64,000 nucleotides of DNA from contig NW_003314297.1 in assembly GCF_000143415.4 (NCBI RefSeq), positions 1,518,890 to 1,582,889 on the forward strand, read 5' to 3'. The notes beneath the pieces are model-generated. The model saw only the letters and a program-made list of their open reading frames with translations, made no database searches and had not been told where the DNA came from. This DNA is from Selaginella moellendorffii. Taxonomy: Eukaryota; Plantae; Lycopodiophyta. A program made the translations under genes and the position numbers. Below are positions 1-10,915 of the stretch, piece by piece; positions within the stretch are counted from its first letter, which is position 1; each line of letters starts with the position of its first letter.

Positions 1-47
1 TTGGTTGACTCCATTCACTGGTGGAAATTCTCGTTCGTTTCTCACGA

Positions 48-225
48 GTTTGATTAGACTCCCACTCTCTATGATTCTTCCAGTTCTTGACAACCACCCT
101 CTAGTTTGATTGGACACTCTCGTTTTGATTCTTCCAGTTCTTGACAGCCACCCTCTGGTTTGATTGGACTCCCAGTCTCACTCTCTCTCGTTTTGGTTCT
201 TGCAGTTCTTGACAACCACACTCCC
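48..225 (+). repeat. Three ~54-56 bp tandem copies of an intron 3' end plus exon start
   Basis: GTTTGATT(A/G)GAC...TTCTT(C/G)CAG|TTCTTGACA(A/G)CCAC recurs with CAG at 81-83, 135-137 and 203-205. Confidence 0.85.
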
Positions 226-442
226 ATTCGGTGGAGTCGGAGAGAGCGGCATGGGATCCTACCACGGCAAGTTCTCGTTCGACGCCTTCAGCCACCACAA
301 GGCAATCCTGACGAGGCCGTTCTGGATGGACATCATGGCCCGGTATCCTCCCTACAGCGCGCACAAGAAGACCTTCATCCGGTGCCTGCTCGAGGCCGAC
401 TTTGTGGGGGTCATCCTCTGCCTTCTCGGCCTCAAGGGCTGA
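206..442 (+). CDS. ALDH3: Aldehyde dehydrogenase family 3, last exon (gene starts upstream of window)
   Basis: [28 protein letters not shown] and RYPPY motifs, hydrophobic C-tail, CAG acceptor at 203-205. Confidence 0.92.
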   Translation, partial: FLTTTLPFGGVGESGMGSYHGKFSFDAFSHHKAILTRPFWMDIMARYPPYSAHKKTFIRCLLEADFVGVILCLLGLKG

Positions 443-1741
443 TCCTTCTTCACCGGTTGTCTTTTCTCTCTAATTTTTTCTCTCCCTCTGTGACGAAATT
501 TGTTGTTCTTTTCTTGGTTTTCTAGAATCGAAACGTTTAATTGTATAGTTTGAAGCCATAATAATCTACGTGCTCAAGTCAACGAAATTCTTCAAGCGCC
601 ACGTCACCGAGTAAACTTGGTCCATGGAATTCAAACAGGTCAATGGGAGTCAAACGTTTGAGTTGCGACCTAGAATGGAGGTTGGGCGCTTTGATTTGCA
701 ATCGCTGCTGTGCATCAAATGCTCCCCGGCTTTGGATTCAATTCGTCGCAGCAAGGATGGATTGATGAGCCAGATGCGACTCTTGTGAGATGCACAATGC
801 ATCCATCACAAACAACTCGCATGGCACAGATTCCTCGCTTCTCGCGGAACACCAGCAAAGGAAAAAAGGCGAAGAAAAGAAGAAGCAAGGTTTTTCACTT
901 CCTCTTTTGCGGTCGTTCGTCGGTGATGGTTGCTCGTGGGTTTTAATTGCCGAAGTGGAAAGCCCCCACCTGATCATCCAGCAAATCATACACGCTCTCA
1001 ATCATTCAATCCAATCCTGCGAGCAAAGAGAGCAAAGAAAGCTAAAGAAACCAGAAAAGAAGAATACTACGCACAGCTAAAAAGAAGAAAAGGATATGAT
1101 CTGATCTGACCATCTGGAGCCTGGCGATCGAGCAGTGCTAGGGCAATGGACTGGACGCTGGCAGAGGCTGGTCAGGCAGGGGGGTCATGTCGATCGCATT
1201 TAATGCCAAATGCCCCAAATCGAAGAACAAACAGGGGACTCGGGAGAAAAGCAAGGAAAGCGAAGACGGAGGAGAAAAAAATGTATAAACTAGAAAACTT
1301 GGTTCGTCGGTTTTGCTTGGCAGATCTCTGCGTGCTTTTGTTGTCTTCTTCCCTGCTGGTTTGGCAAAGATGCCCCCTTGATCCTTGTTCTATTGGTCCC
1401 GCTCAAATTCTTCCAATCGCGACTCGCATTCAATGCCGAGAACTCCTTTCAAGGATGATCACGACGTGGTGCTTGCTCGATGATCTCGGTCAGGAAGAAC
1501 ACAACCAGGAATCCATGGAAGTCCATGGAAGTCAGTCTCACTGTTTTTTCGTTCCAACGAGGGAGACAAGAAAGTTGACCGTGTCAAAGACTCTATCGCG
1601 AGAACAAGGAATGGATGATCGAAAGTTACGCCATCACGAAATGGTGAGGCTGCTGCTGAGATGATAGAGAAAAATCTCTCAAAAACCCAAGACGATCTAG
1701 ACGAAGAAGAAGAAGAAGAGAGAAGAGATCGCCAGTGGCGA

Positions 1742-3568
1742 CTAGCTCTTGGAGCATCCCCGGCCGCCAAAGATGATATACGAGCCCCAGTTTCGATCGA
1801 AGTACTTCCTGGCGGTGTAGCACTCGGGATCGGTGGAGAACTCGGCGAGATCCACCGCGTCAAACTGGCGCATTTGATCGTCCAGGTAGGCGAGCTCGCA
1901 CTGGGACGCCGCGCGCGTGTTGCCCTCGGCGGGGAAGAAGCCACTCCCCATTTGCGTGGAGAGCTCCGGCCCATCGGAGGCTCCCGAGAGGCACACCTCG
2001 CCGCCCCATTGCATCCACTGCGAGCTCTGCCCCAGCGTCGTGAAGAGCGACGCCGGCCAGTAGCCCACCCACTCGTCGTCGATCTGGAGCCACCACGCGA
2101 CTGGATCCTGCGCGAGACATGGAAAGGTCGTGAGGAATCGATTTTTGGCGAGGGATTGGGAGCGCCCACCTTGAAGATCAGGAATTTCTTGAAGAAGAGG
2201 CTGGAGTCGGGGCTGGAGATGGAGGAGATTGCGCCGCCAAGGAGGACGTTGGGGCTGGTTTGGATGAATCCGGGGCAGCGGAGGTTGTAGCAGCCCGAGT
2301 TCTTGTAGGAATCGGCCTGCCAGAGGACAAGCGCGCGGTCAATTTCTCGAAAGAATGGATGGAAGGAGGCACACACTCTGTTCTTCCAAGAACTTTGGAA
2401 GAACTTTGGAAGAACAAAACAAAGCTTTACCGTCCAGAAGATGAAGAGGTGTGGGCTTCTGTCGCCATTGAGGAGCTCGTAGACCTGCGATCGAGAAGAA
2501 ATGAGCGGGGCTTTTCTTGGAGCTTCGCGGATCACACTTACTTGCCATCCGGCTTCTACCGTGTTGATGCTCTCGTGAGATCCTCCGCCCAGCCAGAGCT
2601 GCGAGAGGCTAAAATCCGACGAGGTAGCCACCGCCGGATCCCAGATGCTGAGGTAGGCCTGCGATCCTGAGAAGCTGCCCACTGCCTGGACGATCGCATA
2701 CTGCGAGAGAGAGGAACCCATCAATCGCTTGCTCGCTCGCTCGATCGATCGCGAGAAAGAAAACCGCTTTTATACCTGGTGCCCATCAACCGATGGAGGG
2801 GTGAGATGATGGTCTCTCCTTGTTCTTCGCCTTCTTCGCTTCTTTCGCGAGGATCGCGAGTTGGGCGACGCGGGAATGCGGTGCGTGCCCGACTGGATCG
2901 ACTGGGGGTACTTGTGGAGGAACACCTCGGGGGTTTGCATTCGATCCAGGTCCTTGGGAAGGAGGCGGCGGACGGGCACGGTGGCGTCGGGGCAGGAGTT
3001 GTGTTCGTGGTGGAAGAGCTGCCATGGCGACGAAGAAGTGGCATTGCGTTTGAATCGACCGCTCCTGCTGCTGGCGGAGCGATCGCTCGACTGTGGCTGC
3101 AAGATCGTCGGCTTTCTCTGCCAGGAGCAAACAAGAGCAGCGCTTTTCTCAAAAGTTTGGATGGAAAGAAAAAAGAGAAAAAAGAATGAGAAAGAAAGAG
3201 ATTTCCATACCAGGATCTTGTGGTTCTTGAGGAGAGGATGCTGGATTCCAAGCTGGTCTTCTATCCTCACGCAATCCACCACGCTCCCATCCGAAAGCTA
3301 GAACGCGAAGAACAATAAACAAAAGAAAAAGGATTGGATTCTGCAAAGAGGATCATGAACTTTAGCGGCGACCTACATTGAAGCTCTTGACGAAGGGACG
3401 ATTGATGTAATCCAGCAAGAATCTCCTGCCGGATTCGACGCGGCCGCTGCTGCTAGCGTTGCTCCTCGCAAAACTTTGGAACAATGCGTGTTGCGAAGAG
3501 CTAGAGACACTCGTGAGACGAGAGAGAAGAATGTAGGTGCTTACAAGGAGAACGATCCAAGCGGCCAT
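1742..3568 (-). CDS. Neprosin-family (DUF4409+DUF239) secreted glutamic prolyl endopeptidase, multi-exon
   Basis: Signal peptide MAAWIVLLVS; pro-domain VDCV..QHPLLKNHKI; SLSQLW, EAGWQV, FIFWT, GCYNLRCPGFIQ, GYWP, WGGEV, TQMGSG; both catalytic Glu present; GT-AG introns. Confidence 0.92.
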
Positions 3569-4242
3569 AGCCAAAGAGCGATTGGCTGCTTGATCGATGG
3601 AGAAGATTCGAGGCTAGGCCCCCAAGAAGAACACGAAGGGAAAACGAACGATCGATCGAAACCGAAGAACTTTTGTGGGAGTCACCGAAACTGTGGACAT
3701 AAAATAAATGGTTTTATAAGTGGATGGCCCCGAGGAGCTAATACGAAGACGAAGCTCTCACGTAATTAATTACCGCGCACATGTGCTCCGTTGGATCGCC
3801 CAGCTCGAGGGTGGCGATGCATCGATCCCTTTCGCAGCGATGGATTTGTTTAGAGGCTGGAAGTGTTTAAAGAGTTCTTCCCTCCAAACCCCCAAATTGA
3901 TCCATGAATCGCGCGCGCTTCCCGGACAATCACCACAGAAACCACGCAGCGATTTCAAATCATCCAAATCCAAACTTTTTCCTTTGCTTGCTGCTGGCAT
4001 CCACTCTAAGTGATAGTTCTTGCTCCAACTTTTCTCTTTCCCTGGAATTCTTTTTTTCAATCTTTGCCTTTTGCATTGAAAAGAACCCCGTGTTGCATTC
4101 CTCCGGACAGTACGACACACGCAGCCACTCCCGTGATCCTGTGTCGCCCACGGGTCCGTACAGCGATGTGTGCTGGACGCGGTTCGAACCGCGGATTGAT
4201 TGACTAGGGCTGACCGCCTGCCGAAAATAGGTCTGCTAACTT

Positions 4243-4290
4243 ATCCCACATGCCGGGGCGCAGAATAAAGCCCCCGAAGGAGTATATAAA
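4243..4290 (+). promoter_or_regulatory. snRNA Pol II promoter (USE + TATA)
   Basis: ATCCCACATG at -70 and TATATAAA at -30 from the U1 start, matching the plant USE RTCCCACATCG arrangement. Confidence 0.88.
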
Positions 4291-4312
4291 GTAGGGTTCT
4301 AGGCGGAGAACC

Positions 4313-4474
4313 ATACTTACCTGGACGGGGTCTATTGGTGATCATGAAGGCCAATGGCCTAGGTTCGGCCTTCCCATTGCACTACGGCTTGGCCGGCCTA
4401 CCATCTTCCCAAAGTGGAGGAGTGGACGTCGTAATTTGTGGAAGTTGAGGGCTCGCGTACGCGCGGCCCTCTCC
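4313..4474 (+). ncRNA. U1: U1 spliceosomal snRNA, copy 1
   Basis: ATACTTACCTGG 5' end, loop I GATCATGAAG, loop II CATTGCAC, Sm site TAATTTGTGG, 3' GC hairpin; ~162 nt. Confidence 0.97.
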
Positions 4475-4614
4475 AAAGCTAAAGTCTCTAAGATGCATAG
4501 AAACGAAATGACTAGAAATCAAACATAACTCTCGCCTTCTATTTTATCTATTTCATTTCTGTAAAGAAAGAATTAGAGAATATTCCTATTCCTTCTTTAC
4601 AGTCATGCCCGTGA

Positions 4615-5025
4615 TTGACTCGAGGAATTTTCAGAGGTCGATCTTTCGCAGTACTAGTGTAGTGTTCGATAGATTGGTTGGATGCTTTACATAAAAGGTA
4701 TACTCCGTGATATTGGATGACCATGGCCGGCCATGGCCAGGCGCACAATTCTGGCGTCTGCGAATGATTGAGGAGGTCTTGGGCCAGGCGATCACAGATG
4801 CTCTGCAGCGCCCCCTGCGCTTCTCCCTCTGTGATCATAGTCATCCTCTTCTTCCATCAATGATCTTGAAAGGGCTCCCTCTGAGCTTGCGGCTTGAGTA
4901 GAAAGCAATTATAAGCAATGGTGAACGGTCTGGTCCAGTGAAGGAAGAGTTTTTTTCTCTCTTGAGTGAGGTATGATTCTTTGTAATGAGGTATGTTAAT
5001 AACATTTTCTTGGGATGTTTTCTAG
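4615..5025 (+). repeat. Degenerate duplicate of the WVD2-like gene 5' leader (8735-9125)
   Basis: Colinear matches: CTAGTGT..TCGAT.GATTG.TTG.ATG, TTGC.GCTTGAGTAGAAA, GAGGTATG..TAACATTTTCTT.GGATGTT.TCTAG. Confidence 0.75.
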
Positions 5026-6356
5026 AAGTGATTCAAGGCAAAGTGGTCCAACATCGTTTTAGTTTTTCTGAGTGTTGCAAATTGAAGTGTTGACACACAA
5101 GACGGAATGAGTATTTTAAGTTTTAGATTGATCCTCAACAAGAAGGATTTGAGTACAAATCGGTGTGAATTAGTTACAGACAGACAGATAGAAACTCAAA
5201 GCAAAGCATTCGAATGTCCTTTATGGGACACTTCAAATAAAAGTTATGGGTCCTCTGTATCAAGGTGTGGCCAAAGTAGATGGTAACATTGCTTACTCCC
5301 TTTTCTCAGGGAGTGTCAGGCCAAAGTTTTCTCAGGTGAGAAGTGTTGATCCTGGTAGAGCAGGATGTGTTGGTACTTTGTCAAGTAAAACCTCCATCTC
5401 AATGACCTTTTGTCCACCCACAACACGAACCTGTCCCCAGGCCATGTGTTACACAATCCCCAAAACGATGGGAGTAGTCCTTTCCCAAAGTGAGAGCCGA
5501 CGACAAGGACGAGCTCCTCAAGCATTTGCCGCTGAATCATAATCCATGACATGGTTGTCAAACATGACGGTTACATTGTAATGCCCTGACCTTTTAATTC
5601 GGATGTCTCCTGAGCCTTGATATCAATCTTGGGAAGAATTCTCCACACATTCGTGAGTGGATTTCCAACAGCTAGAGTAGTTGCCTCGCCAGCAGCCTCG
5701 TACACACAATCCCCAGCAAGCACGCCAGGAGGCGAAACCTGTGACTGACTGAAAAGGACCGATGGTCTAGTAGTACAACTCATGGACTCTGCCAGTTGTG
5801 AGCTCAGGGAAGCCACAGCTTCCCTGAGTTCTTGCAAGCGTGCAAGGCGATGCCATTGCTTGCAGACGCGCCCGGCTTTGAGGATAATATCTGGCTCAAA
5901 ATGTCAAGGTCAGCGCCCAGAGAATCAAACGCTCCCATGCTCTCGGAACTTGAGCTGTCCTCCTCTTGTTCCAAGTAAGGAGAACACCGCAAGACTCAAC
6001 TGTAGATCCCAGATCTACAGTTGAGTCATGCGGCGGACGCAGGTGTTCTCTAATGATATGTCTTATTATCCTCTAATTTTTGGACCCATCCGCAGAAAAA
6101 GAGGTGTCTTTTCGCTATGCCGCAAGAGAAATGCCATCACCATTACTGAAAATTTCTACTCAAGCAAGATCATTGATCGCCCGGTGATCGTCATCCAATC
6201 AATCAAACACTCGAGCATAGTATTAGACAGCGAAAGAATCCAGCATCATCCTGAGAAGTCCTCAATCAATCGTGGGCAAAGAAGCATGAGATCTGCCAAA
6301 AAATTTGCCATATATTCAAAAAAGTTAAAAGTTTAAAGGCTTAAGATTCATCTTAG

Positions 6357-7869
6357 TCAACTAATCCAACCCGTCGGGCACGAGACTACCTTAACATTGA
6401 TGTTCAGGTCTTTTATCCTCTGTGCTGCTTCAGCCTTCCTCTTTGCCATTGCTTCCTTTTCTTCTTCCTTGCCCCCCTTCCTTCTTGTCCAGATCAACCC
6501 ACCCAATTCCGAACTTGAAGAGCATAAAGTGAGGAACAATGAAGCAGAAGTCTAGCTTTCAAAGGAATGTCACCAACGCATCCCCAAGAACAAGAGGACG
6601 CTCAGGCTCCACTGTAACCTGATAGACTGATCCATGCACGATGAAGTCCCACTCGGCATTAGTCAGATAACTGGGCAGCAAGAGAGCATTCTCGTCGCCT
6701 TCTCGGATTTTCTCCGGGAATACAGCCTCCGCTTCCATTCAGCCTCCGCTTCCATTACGAAGGAGATCAATTCTCTTGGGCATCTCTGGGAGCAGCTTCC
6801 CTTGCTTCTCCGGTTTCATCTAGCTGCCTGTACGATATCCTGCCTCCTCGGGCAATCTGTCTCCTGGTCATGAATCTCTCTCTGATAGACTCTGGCTGCT
6901 CATGATAAATGAACTGATGCAGCCTGTGGGTAAGTTGGAAAAGACTGACGTAAGGGCTAGCAAGATCCAGGCCGTAGCTCCTATATGTTCTCTCATCCAT
7001 CGACATGTGGAAGGCCTTGTAGCTTTGATTCTCGGGAAGGCTTTCGTTCACGTTTCGAACCACCCCTGCAGCCTTCACCATCTCCATTTGAGACGCCTCT
7101 TCTAGCTTCTCGAGCACATACCGAGGTATGCCACCCCACTTGCGGAAGCGAGCCTTTACGTCCTCCACAGGATGCCCAAAGTTGTGCTCGTTCAGGGCCA
7201 GCAGCTCGCCAAGGGACCACATTGGGTCATACACCATCTCCACAGTACCAGACTTTGCAAATTCGCTGTAGTGGGACTTCAGCGGGGAGCACGTCAACAA
7301 GAACTAAGATACCAGGACTGAGGGCCTGCTTTTACCACAGCTTTCTCACCAGATTCTGCAACTTCTATCACGACCTCCTTGCCTTTCCAGGTGAAGGAGT
7401 AGTAATGCTTGACTTTTCTCCCTTTTGGAGCATACCACAAAAAACCTGTTTTCCCGACCCTTGCATTGCCTATCAAAACTATCCCACCATTGAAGCCGTG
7501 TTCCAATATCAGCTTCCTCGGTGTTGTGCTGATAAATCTCGTCGAAAATGGGACCATAGCAGCTCCGTGAGAGAATCTTGATCGAGGGATATCAGCCTTA
7601 CTCGCCACCACATACCCCCAATTTGTCAGGCAAGTCGAGAAAACCGTACTTCGCCCCAGGAGTGGAAGTCTGCTGGCAAACTTCCACTTTGAGCGATCCT
7701 TCAACACGCTCACTGATTCCTTCTGTTCTAGGCCCACATGATTTTGAGGTATTTCTTCCAGACCAGCCGTCATGATCCTGTGAAATGCACGATGGCTACT
7801 ACTGATCCATATTCTTCTATGACAGAAACGCCAGTCGCAGTGCAATGGCGTTATCCTCTCCCTCCTCAA
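6357..7869 (-). pseudogene. Crinkler/RHS (CR)-type P-loop NTPase + restriction-endonuclease-fold effector, frameshifted
   Basis: Walker A-like GNARVGKTGFLWY; WYL/LLTCSP; PMWSLGEL; RFRKWGGIPRYVL; LASPYV; REase-like P..TNAEWDFIV..YQVTV..LDFCFIVP; frameshifts near 7300 and at a 17-bp duplication 6723-6756; in-frame stop ~6560; no introns. Confidence 0.72.
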
Positions 7870-8221
7870 GCCCTTGATGTCACAGTCTAGTTTATGACAT
7901 TAATAAAAATTATTAAACTGTAAGTGGGGAGTTTGGAGTTTCCCTGACTCCCGTTTCAAACGTTCCATTGGGCCTAGCCTCGAATCTTTTATATCTATCA
8001 ATCAGCCAAAAGCTCTTTGGCTTCGATCGTTCTTCTCTAGAATGGCTTTGGCACACACTTCCACCCAGCCTTGCTGAGCATATGAGTTGAACTGAGCATC
8101 ACTCCATATGAAAAGTTTCTGTCATAGTTGTTTCCCTCGAACTTTTGCTTTGAAAAGAACAACCAGTTGATTAGGGCTGACCGTATTGACTACCCTAGAC
8201 CAAGAATAGGTCTGCTAATTT

Positions 8222-8269
8222 ATCCCACATGCCGGGGCGTACCATGAAGCCCCCAGAAGAGTATATAAA
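8222..8269 (+). promoter_or_regulatory. snRNA Pol II promoter (USE + TATA)
   Basis: ATCCCACATG at 8222 and TATATAAA at 8262, same spacing as copy 1. Confidence 0.88.
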
Positions 8270-8291
8270 GCAGGGTTCGAGGTTAAGTATC

Positions 8292-8453
8292 ATACTTACC
8301 TGGACGGGGTCTATTGGTAATCATGAAGGCCAATGTCCTAGGTTCGGCCTTCCCATTGCACTACGGCTTGGCCGGCCTACCATCTTCCCAAAGTGGAGGA
8401 GTGGACGTCGTAATTTGTGGAAGTTGAGGGCTCGCGTACGCGCGGCCCTCTCC
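8292..8453 (+). ncRNA. U1: U1 spliceosomal snRNA, copy 2 (variant)
   Basis: Matches copy 1 except two substitutions in stem-loop I; intact 5' end, U1A loop and Sm site. Confidence 0.96.
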
Positions 8454-9135
8454 AAAGCTAGAATCTAAGAGGCATTTTAACCAAACCTAATAAAACCCTC
8501 TAAGCCCATTATCTCTTCATCTTTAACCCATTAAACTTTTCTTTTTGAATATACGAGATCCGGACAGCACGGCACGCGAAAATCCCGCCGCTTACTAACG
8601 GCTCCGTCTACTGACTTTGGAAATTTAGGTGAGTTTGAAGCTCGTTTAGCTCGAGGGAGCCGAGGCGGCGGGAATTGGGCGCCCGGGCGATTTATTTTGG
8701 CGGATTTCGTGCTTCTTTGCCCGCGATCGATCGGGCGAGCTCGTGGAATTCTCAGGTCGGTGCTGTGGATTCTTTTGCTGTCTGGTACAGTAACTAGTGT
8801 GATGCTCGATCGATTGATTGAATGACGATCGCCGGGCGATCAATGATCTCGAAAGGGTTCTAGCAAGGATCCATCCGATCCGGTCTAGTTTGCAGCTTGA
8901 GTAGAAATTATCGGTGGGATTTTCGATCTCTAAATCGATTTGATTGTGCTTTCCAGGAGGAATTCGTGGCGGATCTACGAGTTCTTCTGGAAGCATTCTT
9001 TCTCTCTCTCCCTCTCTCTCTTTCCGCGTTGTGAGGTATGATATAACATTTTCTTTGGATGTTATCTAGGACTATCTCTTTTTCTGCGTAGTGAGGTATG
9101 TATGATCTTTGGATGTTTTCTAGGAGAGACTATCC

Positions 9136-10915
9136 ATGGATGGGTCCACGATGGTAGGACCAAGGCAAAGGAGCTGTGTTTTTTTGCCTAGTCGCTATAT
9201 CGAGGAGCTGGATGGTGCTTCCAGCCCGGGACTAGTTTCAAAAAAGGCTGCTTTCTTCGAGGAGGCTATTCAGTCGGCTTCCAGCGAGAGATGCTCGGTT
9301 TCTAGCAGAAGAAGTAGAAGAGCCAGCAGCGCTTGCAAGATTGGCGACGACGATGTGATCGATCAGAGCGATGCCACTGTCCGGACGCTGGATTTTTCTT
9401 CCGGGTGCGAGGAATCCAAGGACAGTTCTTGCGAAGAGCACTCTGATACGGTCTTGGAGGAAATTAAACTGGATGGAACGAGTTTAGTGGACGGAGACAA
9501 TATTGGCAAAGTTGGCAGCACTACAACCATCTCGAGTGGTGTTGGCTCGGCTCTCAAAGAAAACAAGGACCCGGACGATGATGGCAGACAAAGCCAGGTA
9601 TGCTTTTGTATGTTGCTCGTATTATATAATGATTTTTCCCACTGGTCTTTTACAGGAAGCTCCTGCCGTGCAGCAGACTAAAAATAATGCCAAGCCTTCC
9701 ATGCGCAAGGGAAATAAAACGCATAAAGAAATGGTACATCCTATACGAGTTTGTGGCCACCTGACACAACGAGCGTGTGCAAATAAGCGCCGAGGCTCGA
9801 TTCCCTCGGACGTGGTGGCTGATCTGAAAAATCCTTCTCGGCGTGTGAATGCTGTCCGAAAATCGACTGGTTTTCAGTCGCTCGCTCTGCCAGCTGATAA
9901 GAAGAAGACGACTGAAGGCACTGATTCCAGACCGAGGCTTGAGAGACAGATCCCGACGTCAACGAAGGCACAGGTAAGTTGTCATTGCATTTGAGTCTGA
10001 GGACATAAGTCACATTTATGCAGGTCGGGACAACAGGTTCAACAAAACAAGATGCGAAAGAATATCGGTATGCGCAGCTTCTCTATCGTATTATCTGCTT
10101 TTTTTCGCGGCTAATGTCTCGGTAAACGCTGGCAGATTGGCGGAGAAAAGCCTCGAAGAGAAAAAAGAGTCGAAAAAGTCTTCTCCAAATGCCGGTCTCC
10201 GTCGAAGTCAAGAGTTCCAGCTGAAGTCTGGAGAGCGAGCGATAAAGAGAAAAGAGGTGTGAACACACTGCTCAGTCAGAATTTTGATCGTGTTCATGTC
10301 ATGCAGTTCTATGCAAAGCTGGCGGAAAGGCTGGCTGCCAAGGAACAAGAGAAGAACCAGATCAAGGCTAAATCACAGGTTTTGTAGAATACTTTTCAGA
10401 TCATCCGTTCCGACATTTGTTTCAGGAGGAGAAAGAAGCTGACCTTCGTAAGCTGAGACGAAGCCTGACTTTCAAGGCCAAGCCAATGCCAGATTTCTAT
10501 CATGAACAGCCTGCTGAGACAAAGGCGAGTAAGAAGGTAATATTTTCTGATAAGTTTTCAGGTTTTTGTATAATGCTGTTTTGATTCGAAGGTACCGGCA
10601 ACACGAGCAATCTCTCCAAGATTGGGACGACTTGAGAGAAAAACGAGCGTGGACACCCATCATGAACACCATCACGTCCGCTTGTGCCAGCAGCAGCGTC
10701 ATCATTCGGCAAATCCCTCTCTCGCACCAGCTTCAAAGAAAAAAACTCCAAGCGCCGGGAAGTCTCGCTCTGGAACAGCAAACGCTTCCTCCTCCACTTC
10801 ATCGCCATCACTGCTATCGACAAACCAAACAGCGGTGCAATCGAGCTGCGGCAGCAGTTCCTCCGTGGAGATCAGACAAGAGGACGGGACAACCTTGTTG
10901 GCTAGCTCGGTTTAA
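9136..10915 (+). CDS. WVD2-like/TPX2 C-terminal domain microtubule-associated protein, multi-exon
   Basis: Spliced FQLKSGERAIKRKE-FYAKLAERLAAKEQEKNQIKAKSQ-EEKEADLRKLRRSLTFKAKPMPDFYHE-VPATRAISPRLGR (KLEEK domain, here KLAER). Confidence 0.88.

Noticed and set aside
1459-2724. 421-aa ORF as a single protein
   Set aside because: Reads through neprosin introns and changes to a non-coding frame; the real stop is at 1742
8575-8605. E2F-like and MSA-like motifs upstream of the WVD2-like gene
   Set aside because: Single short matches; plausible but not distinguishable from chance
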